NCBI GenBank assembly: GCA_038279365.1
Contig: JAYODI010000008.1
Span: forward strand, 1-64,000
Direction of reading: 5' to 3'
DNA: 64,000 bases
Source: Candidatus Latescibacterota bacterium
GTDB taxonomy: Bacteria > Latescibacterota > UBA2968
Shown here: one piece after another, positions 1-10,047 of the stretch
Position numbering within the stretch: the first letter of the stretch is position 1
How the letters are laid out: every line of letters begins with the position of its first letter
Position numbers and translations under genes: made by a program
The notes under the pieces: generated by a model
The model's database searches: none
Told to the model about the DNA's origin: nothing
What the model saw: only the letters and a program-made list of their open reading frames with translations

Positions 1-17
1 ATCCATAAAAAACCAAT

Positions 18-1214
18 TTACGCCTTCAAAACGTTTGCAATGGCATCACACAAAGGATCAATATTGGCATCGGTAATACCTGCAACATTGATGCGCCCAG
101 ATCCAACAATATAAATGGAATACTGATCACGCAATTTGGCCACTTGATCGGGTGTCAACCCCGAAAAGGAAAACATCCCGCGCTGATGGGCAATAAATGA
201 AAAATCACGCCGTACGCCCCGACTCTCCAAACCATCTACCAAGCGTTTGCGCATGCCATTGATGCGATCGCGCATGGCCTTCACTTCATCTTCCCATTCT
301 GCACGTAAGGCAGAATCACCCAAAACTGTAGCCACAATTTGTGCCCCGTGTGCAGGTGGGTTTGAATAATTGGTCCGCACGCAAATCTTAACATGGCTCA
401 TCGCTTTAGAAGTGGCATCCTTATTGGCCGCCACCACCGTTAATGCCCCCACACGCTCACGATACAAACCAAAGTTTTTAGAATAAGACGTGGCCACAAA
501 AAGCTCACAATTGGGACGACTTAACGCACGTAATCCAACGGCATCTTGATCCAACCCATCGCCCAAGCCGTGATAGGCAAAATCTACCAAAGGCAACACA
601 CCGCCTTGGGCTAATACATCCCCAATCTTTTCCCATTGCGTGGCCGTGGGGTCCACACCCGTTGGGTTGTGACAACAGCCGTGTAACAACACCACATCAC
701 CAGCAGGTATTTTCGCCAAATCTGCAACCAATCCCTCAAAATCCAACCCAAAAGTTTCTGGGTGATAATAGCGATAGGTTTTGGTTGCCACACCTGCCGA
801 TTGGAAAACCTTTGCGTGATTGGCCCACGTAGGATCGCTGAGCCACACCGTTGCGTTGGGCATGTGTTGGTGAATAAAATCTGCAGCCACACGCAACGCG
901 CCCGTGCCACCTGGTGTTTGCACTGTGCCGGCTCTTCCATTGGACAAAATTTCATGGCCTTTGCCCCACAACAATTCTTGAACAGCCGCATTGTAATTGG
1001 GCAAACCCGTTATCAACAAATAATCTTTGGTGTCTTCATCGGCCAAAAGGCGTTCTTCTGCCTTTTTTACAGAATTAAAAATAGGCGTCCACCCCTCCGA
1101 ATCTTTATACACCCCCACACCCAAGTTGATTTTATTGGGGTTGGTGTCTTTTCCAAAAGCTTCATTCAGGCCCAAAATGGGATCTGCTGGCGCCATTTCC
1201 ATTTTTTCAAACAT
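18..1214 (-). CDS. aspC: Aspartate/aromatic amino acid aminotransferase (AspC/TyrB type)
   Basis: Motifs APADPILG, KINLGVGVY, PGGTGAL, HGCCHNPTG, SYSKNFGLY and GRINVAG. Start moved to MFEKMEM (ATG at 1214). Confidence 0.9.
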   Translation of the reverse strand: MFEKMEMAPADPILGLNEAFGKDTNPNKINLGVGVYKDSEGWTPIFNSVKKAEERLLADEDTKDYLLITGLPNYNAAVQELLWGKGHEILSNGRAGTVQTPGGTGALRVAADFIHQHMPNATVWLSDPTWANHAKVFQSAGVATKTYRYYHPETFGLDFEGLVADLAKIPAGDVVLLHGCCHNPTGVDPTATQWEKIGDVLAQGGVLPLVDFAYHGLGDGLDQDAVGLRALSRPNCELFVATSYSKNFGLYRERVGALTVVAANKDATSKAMSHVKICVRTNYSNPPAHGAQIVATVLGDSALRAEWEDEVKAMRDRINGMRKRLVDGLESRGVRRDFSFIAHQRGMFSFSGLTPDQVAKLRDQYSIYIVGSGRINVAGITDANIDPLCDAIANVLKA

Positions 1215-1362
1215 CGCAATAACCCTTTTCATAAATGGTCTATCCATTCCGTGTGATCTGGTCAAAAGATAATCAGGCACATCATAAAATGCAAGAAATC
1301 AGATCATCTTGACAGGCTTACATACAAACTGCATATTTTGCCCCAAAGGAGCCTTTGCCCAT

Positions 1363-2940
1363 ATGCCTGTCCGATTTATACAAATTACCGATATTCATCT
1401 CTCAGACCGACGCGACACCACCACGTACCACGCACTGTCATGGGCCATCCAAGAAGCCACGCGACAAGCCCCCGATTTTATTGTTGTCTCTGGTGATATG
1501 ACCACCTATGGCACCAAAGCATCAGAACGGCTCATTCTTGAGGCATTTCAAAACGTTTCGGTGCCCGTTTTTTACACATTGGGCAATGCAGAACACCGAA
1601 GTTCCGTTTCAATCTTTCCACAAACACAAACCCAACACCACACTCAAAATGGCATCCTTTTTCTTTTTCCCAACACCTCACGCGGTCACATCTCAGCAGA
1701 TGAACGGTCCAACCTTCAAGCCCACGCATCTACATCGCACCAAACGGCAATCATCACCCACTATCCCATAGATGCATTAAACAAAGACAGTGCACAATGG
1801 CTAACAGGCTTCCTCTCACAAAACAACATTGAGTTATACGTTGCAGGCCACAAACACATTCACCACACCCGTCAAACAGGTTCCTGTTTGGCGTTCATCA
1901 CACGTGGTATAGACCCAGATAAAGCCAGCGGTCATTTGCCTGGTATCAGCTTATTTGAACGCTCAGACAATGGAGAATGGGCCGAAACATTTATTCCCTG
2001 GTCATATGACATCACCCTGATGCCCAGCAACATTGCACCCCTTCCATCTCCTGTTGGCTGGTCCATTCAAGGCGACCCCATTCTGGCCGTGCAAGAAACC
2101 CGATCAACCGATCTCAATGTGCTCGAAATTCGTCCAAATAAACTCACCTTTTCAGTCACCGCGCTCAAGGCCGAAATTTTGGGCTTGCGAAACAATCGCC
2201 CTCTGTATCTTTCTTGGCACTTGCCCAATCTTTCGTGGAACAATGAAACCAACTGCATTGATGGCATTGCAGAAATGGTGAATCACGTGGCCATTGCCCA
2301 AGAAATCGGCGTCAATCACCTTACCGTGCATGTCCCTCACATATCTGCGCACCAAATGACGGACGATGTTTGGATACAATTTGAAGAAACCTACGACACC
2401 CTCTTTCGAAACGCCGTATCATCAGGTATACGGCTTGCCATCGAAAATGTACACAACAACCCGGGCATAAAACCCACCGATCCCTCATGTAAATTTGCCA
2501 CCAACATCGACAACTATGTAAAATGGATCCATGTCTTGCAAAATCGTTTCGCAGACATCTCCAACTCCCAGGTCGGTGCTCACTTCGATGTGGGACATGC
2601 CCGCAACAATGGCGAATACGGCAACATCTATCCATTATCCGATTGGTATGCCCGTGTAGGAAAATATATTTTAGGATATCACATTCACCAAATTCGCAAC
2701 CACCCCAACACGGGCAAACTCGAAAACCACAAAGAAATGTTCTCACTCTTTGAACAACGCATTTCTTATGCAGGTTTTCTCCATGCTTGGTCCACAAAAC
2801 AAATCAATCGCGCCCCACTCTTTGTTGAAATCCGCAACGACAACGAACGCCGCCGATCCACCCAACGCCTCCACCAACTCTTTCTTCGAGCAAGCGAAAT
2901 TAAAACCTCAACAGACCTCCCTCTTTCGTTTAGTGCATAA
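1363..2940 (+). CDS. Calcineurin-like metallophosphoesterase fused to a xylose-isomerase-like/AP-endonuclease-2 TIM barrel
   Basis: N-terminal half has TDIH, SGD, GNAE, ITH and AGHKH. C-terminal half has LAIEN, FDVGH, YHIH and FVE. ATG at 1363 follows AAGGAG; the track's TTG start at 1309 is a TTGACA -35 box. Confidence 0.75.
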   Translation: MPVRFIQITDIHLSDRRDTTTYHALSWAIQEATRQAPDFIVVSGDMTTYGTKASERLILEAFQNVSVPVFYTLGNAEHRSSVSIFPQTQTQHHTQNGILFLFPNTSRGHISADERSNLQAHASTSHQTAIITHYPIDALNKDSAQWLTGFLSQNNIELYVAGHKHIHHTRQTGSCLAFITRGIDPDKASGHLPGISLFERSDNGEWAETFIPWSYDITLMPSNIAPLPSPVGWSIQGDPILAVQETRSTDLNVLEIRPNKLTFSVTALKAEILGLRNNRPLYLSWHLPNLSWNNETNCIDGIAEMVNHVAIAQEIGVNHLTVHVPHISAHQMTDDVWIQFEETYDTLFRNAVSSGIRLAIENVHNNPGIKPTDPSCKFATNIDNYVKWIHVLQNRFADISNSQVGAHFDVGHARNNGEYGNIYPLSDWYARVGKYILGYHIHQIRNHPNTGKLENHKEMFSLFEQRISYAGFLHAWSTKQINRAPLFVEIRNDNERRRSTQRLHQLFLRASEIKTSTDLPLSFSA

Positions 2941-2975
2941 AAAAACGCACTGTATTTTTACACAGTGCGCCTTTA
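2941..2975. terminator. Hairpin between convergent genes, probable intrinsic terminator
   Basis: CGCACTGT...ACAGTGCG with an upstream A-run. Confidence 0.6.
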
Positions 2976-2991
2976 TCGATATCCATCCTGC

Positions 2992-4020
2992 TTACTTTTG
3001 CAACGGATCCAACCTGACCGCATCTCGCTGCATTTCCAAAATCGCCTTGCTCGCTTTATAGCCCAAATCAAACGGAATCGCGGTCTCGGTGCCATTTTCG
3101 ACATCGGCGGTCAAATCGTCAAAAAAGGTCATGGGCGTCTTTGACAAATCGATAATCTCTGGGCCTTTGTTCATTCGCGTCACAATCAACTTGCCCCCAC
3201 GCCCGCCTTCGAGGTCACCAATATCAATGGTCTTTCGATGTTCAACATACGTGTCTGTTGTGATCAACTGTTGTCGAATATCACCAAATGTGGGCAATCC
3301 TTCGGGTGTAAACCAATCGGCACGAATATACCCGGTAGCCCCTTTAGACCCCAATAATGTTGCATCGCCAAAATCTTCAAACTCGGGCTTGTGTGGGTGA
3401 TGTAAGTTGCCCACACGCGAAAACTGGGGAATGGGATCTTGCATCATCCAATAACAAAATTGTGCAATTTGATGCGAGGCAATGTCATTCAAAATACCAC
3501 CGTGCAATTCACGGTTAAACAACCAATCCGGGCGTCCACCAATGCGCAATGTGTGTGGGCCCAACCCCATAAAATGAACGGGTTCTCCCAAATTCCCTTT
3601 TTCCAATTCTTGGCGCACCCACTTCACCCCCACGTGCGTGACCATCTCACCAAAAAAAGCAAACCATTTTAAACCCGTTTCTTCAACCGCTTTTTTAATT
3701 TCTTCCATCTGCTCCAGTGTGGTCACACATGGCTTGTCCACAAAAAAGTGCTTCCCTGCTCGCAAAGATTGAACCGCCAGTGGCCCACGATGGGCATTAA
3801 TAGAAGCCGAAGCAACCAACTCAACCTCATCATCTGCAAGCACCTGTTCCACACTCTCGGCCACCGTCACATCGGGAAACCGCTTGACAAAAGCCTCACG
3901 CAAATCATCTTCTTCGGCAAACACATGCTTCAACTTCCACTTACCCGAATCCAACAAACCCTTGGCTTGCCCATTAATATGCCCATGATTTAAACCAATC
4001 ACCGAAAAAACATGTGCCAT
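2992..4020 (-). CDS. Gfo/Idh/MocA family oxidoreductase
   Basis: VIGLNHGHI, GKHFFVDKP, GGILNDIASH and DWFTP. Start at MAHVF after GGAGG. Confidence 0.85.
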   Translation of the reverse strand: MAHVFSVIGLNHGHINGQAKGLLDSGKWKLKHVFAEEDDLREAFVKRFPDVTVAESVEQVLADDEVELVASASINAHRGPLAVQSLRAGKHFFVDKPCVTTLEQMEEIKKAVEETGLKWFAFFGEMVTHVGVKWVRQELEKGNLGEPVHFMGLGPHTLRIGGRPDWLFNRELHGGILNDIASHQIAQFCYWMMQDPIPQFSRVGNLHHPHKPEFEDFGDATLLGSKGATGYIRADWFTPEGLPTFGDIRQQLITTDTYVEHRKTIDIGDLEGGRGGKLIVTRMNKGPEIIDLSKTPMTFFDDLTADVENGTETAIPFDLGYKASKAILEMQRDAVRLDPLQK

Positions 4021-4078
4021 CTGTGCCTCCATATCGTTATTTTCAAAAAAAATTGACTTCCCTTTTCCCGGAGCCTTT

Positions 4079-4966
4079 ATGTCAAAATCCACCGAAATTC
4101 CAATTGCGCACATCGACGACCCCGAATCCATTCAAAATTTGCTCGAGGCCCTTCGCCACTTACATGGCCCAGAGTTTGATTTTGGAGTGGAAACGTGGCA
4201 AGGCCAATCCGTCCTGTCTGCGCCACCAAACAAAACCGTTTACCGATTTATCATGCGCTCCCAAAAGGCCACCATCACTCTCAAGACAGGCGACTGGGTA
4301 AGAGGGCTTCATCCTACAGCCGAGCCTTTGGCGCGGGCAACATCAGAAACCCAAGAACCCCTCTGGCCCGGTGACGCCATTGTGACCAACAGCGAAACAG
4401 GTGATGCCATCATTGATGGCACTGGGGTTTATTATGCCATCACCACCCATACCACAGCCTACCAAGCACCTAAGGTGGCTTTTTTACGCAACCTTACAGA
4501 CCATCCAGGTGGTTGCGCTGCGTATGATCATGCATTTCGCAGAGAAGTCATACCACCCGAAAAAACGGGCCCTAACGCTGCCGACAAAATGGGCACCAAC
4601 CGCGTGAATGAACACACCTTAGATATGCGCCCAGACCGATTGCCCTTGCCCTCCAAACACCATCACGGCCAAGTGCAAACCCCTCAAGGCCCCATCAACC
4701 ACACAGAAACAGCCCTCGTCTTGCCGCGTTCCGCTTATGGATTGCCGTTGCCCAATGGCACCGAAGACGGATATGCCATCATCTATCGCAATCCCTTAAC
4801 CAAAGGTACCACCGATGCATTTGAAGTCCCCCTCCGCCCTGGTTCAATTGTCGTCACCCCATCCACAGCAAACAGCCTTTACGGTCACTCATTTGCCAAT
4901 GCCTTTGCCATGCTTGTTGCTGTGCCTGGCTTTGTTGCCCCTTATGTCATGATTCAAGAACCCTAA
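4079..4966 (+). CDS. Hypothetical protein, possibly cupin-like metalloprotein
   Basis: 295-aa ORF with GGAG SD. His/Glu-rich motifs VNEH, HHHG, HTE and GHSF, and beta-rich LRPGSIVV. Confidence 0.6.
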   Translation: MSKSTEIPIAHIDDPESIQNLLEALRHLHGPEFDFGVETWQGQSVLSAPPNKTVYRFIMRSQKATITLKTGDWVRGLHPTAEPLARATSETQEPLWPGDAIVTNSETGDAIIDGTGVYYAITTHTTAYQAPKVAFLRNLTDHPGGCAAYDHAFRREVIPPEKTGPNAADKMGTNRVNEHTLDMRPDRLPLPSKHHHGQVQTPQGPINHTETALVLPRSAYGLPLPNGTEDGYAIIYRNPLTKGTTDAFEVPLRPGSIVVTPSTANSLYGHSFANAFAMLVAVPGFVAPYVMIQEP

Positions 4967-4978
4967 ATCATGCCTTTT

Positions 4979-6469
4979 TTACGGCCGTATTTTCACATCA
5001 TCCGAATATCCAGGAATGTCATAAAACGGCACTGCCCACCCAGCATCTTGAATCAGCAAACCCGCATCGGGGCTATCTGGCAATGTGATCTTGTCAAAGG
5101 TCTTCCACATATCGCCATCTAAAGGATCGGTATAATCTTCAGCTTTTAAATAGTCTATCAACGCAGACCGCATCTGCTTAACCTCTTGGGCATACATCAC
5201 ATTTGTGGCACAATTTCGCGTCTCTTGCGGGTCTACCCGGTGATCCAGCAAATACTCTTTTTGATCACCAGCCGAGTAGATATATTTCAGTTCTCCATCA
5301 TATGCCATATAATTACCACGCTGCCCCACCTGCAACTCACCATAAATCGTGCGCTTTTCTCCTTTGCCCACCAGGTTCGCCATATCCACACCATCCAAAT
5401 CTGCCCCACCATCACTGGCACCCGCCGCTCCCAAAAACGTGGGAATTAAATCTATCAGTGACACAGGCGTTTGATCCACAATACCCGCGCCAAAGCGTTC
5501 TGGATAGCGTGCCAACATAGGTACATTGGCCGCCGCATTTAGAAAACTGCGCTTGCCAAAACAATTGTAATCACCCAAAAACTCACCATGGTCAGCCGAC
5601 CACACAATCAGTGTATTGTCCAACTCCCCCTGTGCCTCTATCTCCTCAAGAATTCGCCCCACCTGAAAATCAATAAATGAGATACACGCCCAATAATACC
5701 CCCGCATGACCTGTAACATCCGATCATCCAAACCCGCATCCCGATATTTATACCGATTCTGATTGCGATTAAAATGCGTCCACAAATCTTCCATGTGATC
5801 GGGTCGTTTGGGCAAGGGCATGCGCGGACCTCGGTAGAGCTTATTCCAAGGCGTTGGTGGCGCAAATGGCGGGTGTGGGTGAATAAAACTCGACCACAAG
5901 AAAAACGGCTTCGAAGTGTCTCGTTCTTTTAAAAAGGCAACACTGCGATCTCCCACCCACGTTGTGGGGTGCAAACGCGCTGGCAACTGTGAAATTTGAG
6001 GGATATAATACATTTCCCCGCGTGCCCCCATCGGGTCGTGCACGTGTTCAAACCCTTCGCGATGCAAAAATTCCAAATAATCATCGCCTTCCACTTGTCT
6101 CACAATTTCTTCTTGTCGTTCTCGGCTGTGAAACCCCCACAAATCATCCGTAGGACTAAAGTGCATCTTGCCTACACCGTGCGTATAATATCCGGCATCA
6201 GAAAGCAAGCTCATCATTGTGGGCCGATCTTTTGCACACGAAAATCCATTATCAAAACAGCCATTTTTATGCGGGTATTGCCCCGTAACAATAGATGCAC
6301 GCGCCGACACACAAACAGGTGATGGTGTATACCCATTGGTAAAATTCACCCCTTCTCGACACAACCGATCCATCACGGGTGTGCGAATATAGGGGTTTCC
6401 CCCTGCATGAATCGTATCGGCCCGTTGTTGGTCGGTCAGCACAAACAGAATATTTGGTTGTTTTGCCAT
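4979..6469 (-). CDS. Formylglycine-dependent sulfatase (choline-sulfatase-like)
   Basis: PNILFVLTDQQR, SPVCVSARASIVTG, GKMH, HPHPP and ADHG. Confidence 0.9.
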   Translation of the reverse strand: MAKQPNILFVLTDQQRADTIHAGGNPYIRTPVMDRLCREGVNFTNGYTPSPVCVSARASIVTGQYPHKNGCFDNGFSCAKDRPTMMSLLSDAGYYTHGVGKMHFSPTDDLWGFHSRERQEEIVRQVEGDDYLEFLHREGFEHVHDPMGARGEMYYIPQISQLPARLHPTTWVGDRSVAFLKERDTSKPFFLWSSFIHPHPPFAPPTPWNKLYRGPRMPLPKRPDHMEDLWTHFNRNQNRYKYRDAGLDDRMLQVMRGYYWACISFIDFQVGRILEEIEAQGELDNTLIVWSADHGEFLGDYNCFGKRSFLNAAANVPMLARYPERFGAGIVDQTPVSLIDLIPTFLGAAGASDGGADLDGVDMANLVGKGEKRTIYGELQVGQRGNYMAYDGELKYIYSAGDQKEYLLDHRVDPQETRNCATNVMYAQEVKQMRSALIDYLKAEDYTDPLDGDMWKTFDKITLPDSPDAGLLIQDAGWAVPFYDIPGYSDDVKIRP

Positions 6470-6477
6470 GATAACTC

Positions 6478-7746
6478 CTAATTTTTAACACGCCGCAAAC
6501 GTAAACTCAACAGTGCACCCATTGCGACCAATGCACCCGACACAAAAAAAACGCCACGTAAATTGACCAAATCGGCCATCATCCCACCCAATGCAGGAAA
6601 CAAAGCAGCAACCCCCATCACCGTGTTCGTAATGCCAATATAGGTTGGTCGCCGATCTTCTGGGGCAATGTCTAACAAGTAACTCTTAAAACCAATAAAC
6701 AAACCCGCAGAAGACGCTCCGATCATAAAAAAGATGGGATAAAACAATCCACTGATATCGTATGCATCAGACTTAGCAAAGGAGAGCAACAAAGCAATAA
6801 GCGGTATTAAGAACAAACACAATGTGGTTCCCGTTATCACCTGCCGGTTTCCGTGTCGCGCCGAAATCCGTCCCCACAAGACATTCGATATCCCAAATCC
6901 TATCGTTTGAACCACCAAAAACAATCCTGCCATACTCTCTGGCACATGAAAATGTTCTCGGGCATAAACCACATAAAACGGCAACGAAAAACCAATCCCC
7001 GAGGCCAAAACTTGCACCATTAACAAACATCGAAAATTTGTGTCCCCTTTTAACAACGCCGGAATTTCACCAAAAAATTCGCGCAACTTCCTTTTGTTCG
7101 GGTTTACTTTGCCTTCGGGTTCTCTGATAAAGCTGGTGGCAAAAACGCCCAGACTCATCAAACCAGCAGCCAATGAAAACAACACCACATAATTTTGAGG
7201 AAAAACAAAAACAGAATCAGCCCGAAGCAAATATTCAACAATAACGCCTGCCAAAATACTTAAAACCCCCGCCCCAAAGAAAAAGCGAATGGCATAAAAA
7301 ATACCGGTGTGTGATCGGGGAACAACCTTGGCCACAATATCCGTAAAAGGCAACCCTGCAATGCCCCCAAAAATAGAGGCCATACCAAAAAGTATCAAAT
7401 AACCACCAATAACCCAATGTGGATACACAGTCCCATAAAGGGCCAACAACAACACAAACACCCAGATCAAACACATACGTATAATATTGGCACGCAAATA
7501 CACGCCCAATTTTAAAGGCTTGCGCTCCAAATAACTGGCAACAAACAATTGGGGCAAATGCCAACCCGCACGGTGCAAGGCACTGGCCAACCCCACAATG
7601 GTATCCGAACTCGTATAACGCTTAATAAAAACAGGCAAAACCGTTGTGGGATCCATAAACGCCGTACCAAAACTGAAAATGATCCCGTTCAACAATCCCA
7701 CAACAAAATTAAACCGTGCATCTTTGTTTTCGGGCAACAATCCCAT
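6478..7746 (-). CDS. MFS transporter
   Basis: About 12 hydrophobic segments; WGRISARHG; APEDRRPTYIG. Co-oriented with the sulfatase, 8 bp gap. Confidence 0.85.
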   Translation of the reverse strand: MGLLPENKDARFNFVVGLLNGIIFSFGTAFMDPTTVLPVFIKRYTSSDTIVGLASALHRAGWHLPQLFVASYLERKPLKLGVYLRANIIRMCLIWVFVLLLALYGTVYPHWVIGGYLILFGMASIFGGIAGLPFTDIVAKVVPRSHTGIFYAIRFFFGAGVLSILAGVIVEYLLRADSVFVFPQNYVVLFSLAAGLMSLGVFATSFIREPEGKVNPNKRKLREFFGEIPALLKGDTNFRCLLMVQVLASGIGFSLPFYVVYAREHFHVPESMAGLFLVVQTIGFGISNVLWGRISARHGNRQVITGTTLCLFLIPLIALLLSFAKSDAYDISGLFYPIFFMIGASSAGLFIGFKSYLLDIAPEDRRPTYIGITNTVMGVAALFPALGGMMADLVNLRGVFFVSGALVAMGALLSLRLRRVKN

Positions 7747-7940
7747 ATCCCCTCCCATAAATGACCGCCCTATTATATTCCAACGCGTTGCTCAAAGCAA
7801 GACCGAATATACCCATTGTCAATTTGTTTTTAACAACTTATCTTGAATATTATGGCACAACGACTTAACAACAACACCATCGCGCACCAATACGGTGCGC
7901 ACCACACGCGTCGTAAAACACCAGATCGCAATCTACAATC

Positions 7941-8411
7941 ATGAAAAAAACCATCTACCTCGCCAATCCATACGGCTTTTCTACGCAACAAAAATCCTTG
8001 CTTTTACCGCAATTTGTCGAAACACTTGAATCTTTAGGCGCTGAAGTTTGGGAACCCTTTGCTCGAAACAATCAGATTGATTTTGCCAAATCGGGTTGGG
8101 CCTATCAAGTAGGCCAAGCAGACCTACGCGATGTGATCCATTCAGATGCCACATTTGCCATTGTCAACGGCACCCCACCCGATGAAGGGGTTATGGTCGA
8201 ATTGGGTGCCGCCATCGCATTGGGAAAAAAAACCTTCCTCTTTCGCGACGATTTTAGAAAGTGCACAGACTCCGAACATTACCCTCTCAACCTCATGCTC
8301 TTCACAGGTCTGCCAGAACAAGGGTGGCAAGATTATTATTACACATCCTTAGAAGAAATCGCCAACCCACAAAAAGCACTCGTCAAATGGCTCAATGACC
8401 AATTAGAATAG
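7941..8411 (+). CDS. Nucleoside 2-deoxyribosyltransferase / nucleotide N-hydrolase family protein
   Basis: IYLANP, DEGVMVELG and NLML family motifs. Confidence 0.85.
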   Translation: MKKTIYLANPYGFSTQQKSLLLPQFVETLESLGAEVWEPFARNNQIDFAKSGWAYQVGQADLRDVIHSDATFAIVNGTPPDEGVMVELGAAIALGKKTFLFRDDFRKCTDSEHYPLNLMLFTGLPEQGWQDYYYTSLEEIANPQKALVKWLNDQLE

Positions 8412-8523
8412 GTTTATTTGACAGACTTAAAAATCCTAAGTTAAATTTTACAACTCTCTCCTGACCATCCACGGCGACACCCTCTTGCCCGGTTGGTCAG
8501 TGTCTTTACAAGATTTATTCAAA

Positions 8524-8557
8524 TAAAAAACGGGACAATTTGAAAATTGTCCCGTTT
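8524..8557. terminator. Intrinsic terminator, mainly for the minus-strand kamA-like gene
   Basis: AAACGGGACAATTT-GA-AAATTGTCCCGTTT with an A-run on the left. Confidence 0.75.
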
Positions 8558-8586
8558 CAGTATCCCAACTGGTATCAAAACCAAAA

Positions 8587-9963
8587 TCAACTTGCTTGTG
8601 CCATCTCCATTGCTTCGGCCTTCATCTTTTCCCGCTCCACATCATCCTGCCAACGCGCTTGTATCTCATCACTTAAACAATCTATCGGATCAAAATAAAA
8701 CAAATATTCACCCGGTCTGACCACGGGGCTGGTATAAACCGCAATGCCAGTTTCTGGGTTATAACATTCATAAGAATGTGCATCGCGCTTTCCGCCCCCA
8801 CTTAATGTGTCTACAATAAAAGTGGGGGTATTAAAACCAGACGTGACGCCACGAATTTGTTTTTCAAGGTCTAATCCACTGGCCAATGTGGTGCGCAAAT
8901 CTTCAACCCCGCTTACCAAATCGTGAAAAAAGATGTAATACGGTTGCACATTCAAATAACTCAATCGTTTTACCAGCAACCGCATCGTATCTGCATTGTC
9001 ATTCACACCGCGTTGCAAAACCGACTGATTTCTGACAATGACACCGCGTTCTTTTAAGCGATTGATACCATCTTCAGTAACCCCAGTCAATTCATTTGGA
9101 TGATTAAAGTGGGTGTGCACCACCACTTCTTTGTGCATCTTGCGGCCCCGCTCTACCACATTTGTCAAAGCATCTACCCAAGCATGATCGGTCACTAATT
9201 TTTGGGGCAAAACAGCAGGGCCTTTGGTTGCAAACCGAAAACGTCGAATATGATCAATATCCAAAATGCGATCACCCAACTCCTGCAACTGCTCGGCCTT
9301 GAGTTGATACATATCCCCTCCACTCACCACCACATCTTCTACTTCGGGCCGTGATGCAATATAATTGAGTGCGTTGTCCCAACGGGTTCGATTCACCCGC
9401 AACTTTACTTTTTCCACATCATCAGTATCCAAGCCCACCGCATAACTGCGCGTGCAAAAACGACAATATACGGGGCACATGTCCAACACCAAAAACAACA
9501 CCCGATCAGGATACCGATGTGTCAAACCCGACACTGGCGAATCACCTTGCTCATTTAAGGAGTCCAAGTGCAGTTCGGGGTGATCGGGGCGTTGATGAGA
9601 ACCAACAGGCAAAAACTGTTTGCGAATCGGGTCGTTATAAGGGTCATCCCAATTGATCAAACTCAACAGATATGGTGAAATCCGAATACTCATTGAGGCA
9701 TGTTCGATACCTGCAGTGACATCACTATAAAACTCAGGAGAAACGGTATCACCTAAAACCTGCATTAATTTTCCAACACTCGTCACAGAATGCCGCATTT
9801 GAAAGACATGATGGTGAAATGTTTTGGCATCCACCGTGCGATACCCTGGCAGATTCCGCCAAAATTCATCGCGTCTCAATTCTCGGTGTTGCAACGCAGA
9901 TGCATCCACCGTCGGTTTTATACGCCGTGACGACTCCGTACACTCAGGTTCTACCAAACCCAT
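8587..9963 (-). CDS. kamA: KamA family radical SAM / PLP 2,3-aminomutase (lysine 2,3-aminomutase-like)
   Basis: GLTHRYPDRVL, CPVYCRFC, SGGD, HFNHPNE, NQSVL and PLP-lysine motif GGGKR. Confidence 0.85.
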   Translation of the reverse strand: MGLVEPECTESSRRIKPTVDASALQHRELRRDEFWRNLPGYRTVDAKTFHHHVFQMRHSVTSVGKLMQVLGDTVSPEFYSDVTAGIEHASMSIRISPYLLSLINWDDPYNDPIRKQFLPVGSHQRPDHPELHLDSLNEQGDSPVSGLTHRYPDRVLFLVLDMCPVYCRFCTRSYAVGLDTDDVEKVKLRVNRTRWDNALNYIASRPEVEDVVVSGGDMYQLKAEQLQELGDRILDIDHIRRFRFATKGPAVLPQKLVTDHAWVDALTNVVERGRKMHKEVVVHTHFNHPNELTGVTEDGINRLKERGVIVRNQSVLQRGVNDNADTMRLLVKRLSYLNVQPYYIFFHDLVSGVEDLRTTLASGLDLEKQIRGVTSGFNTPTFIVDTLSGGGKRDAHSYECYNPETGIAVYTSPVVRPGEYLFYFDPIDCLSDEIQARWQDDVEREKMKAEAMEMAQAS

Positions 9964-10018
9964 TTAAGACCTCGCTTTGAAACACGCTACCAAATGGTTT
10001 TACTTTTCGATTTTGAAG

Positions 10019-10047
10019 ATCATACCATAGAAACCATCACATGTCAA
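10019..10047 (-). promoter_or_regulatory. sigma70-type promoter of the kamA-like gene
   Basis: TTGACA-17-TATGAT on the minus strand. Confidence 0.7.

Noticed and set aside
7941..9963. NDT-family hydrolase next to an aminomutase, recalling BlsM/BlsG of blasticidin-type clusters
   Set aside because: The genes are convergent with a terminator between them, and no glycosyltransferase, ligase or other pathway genes are present.
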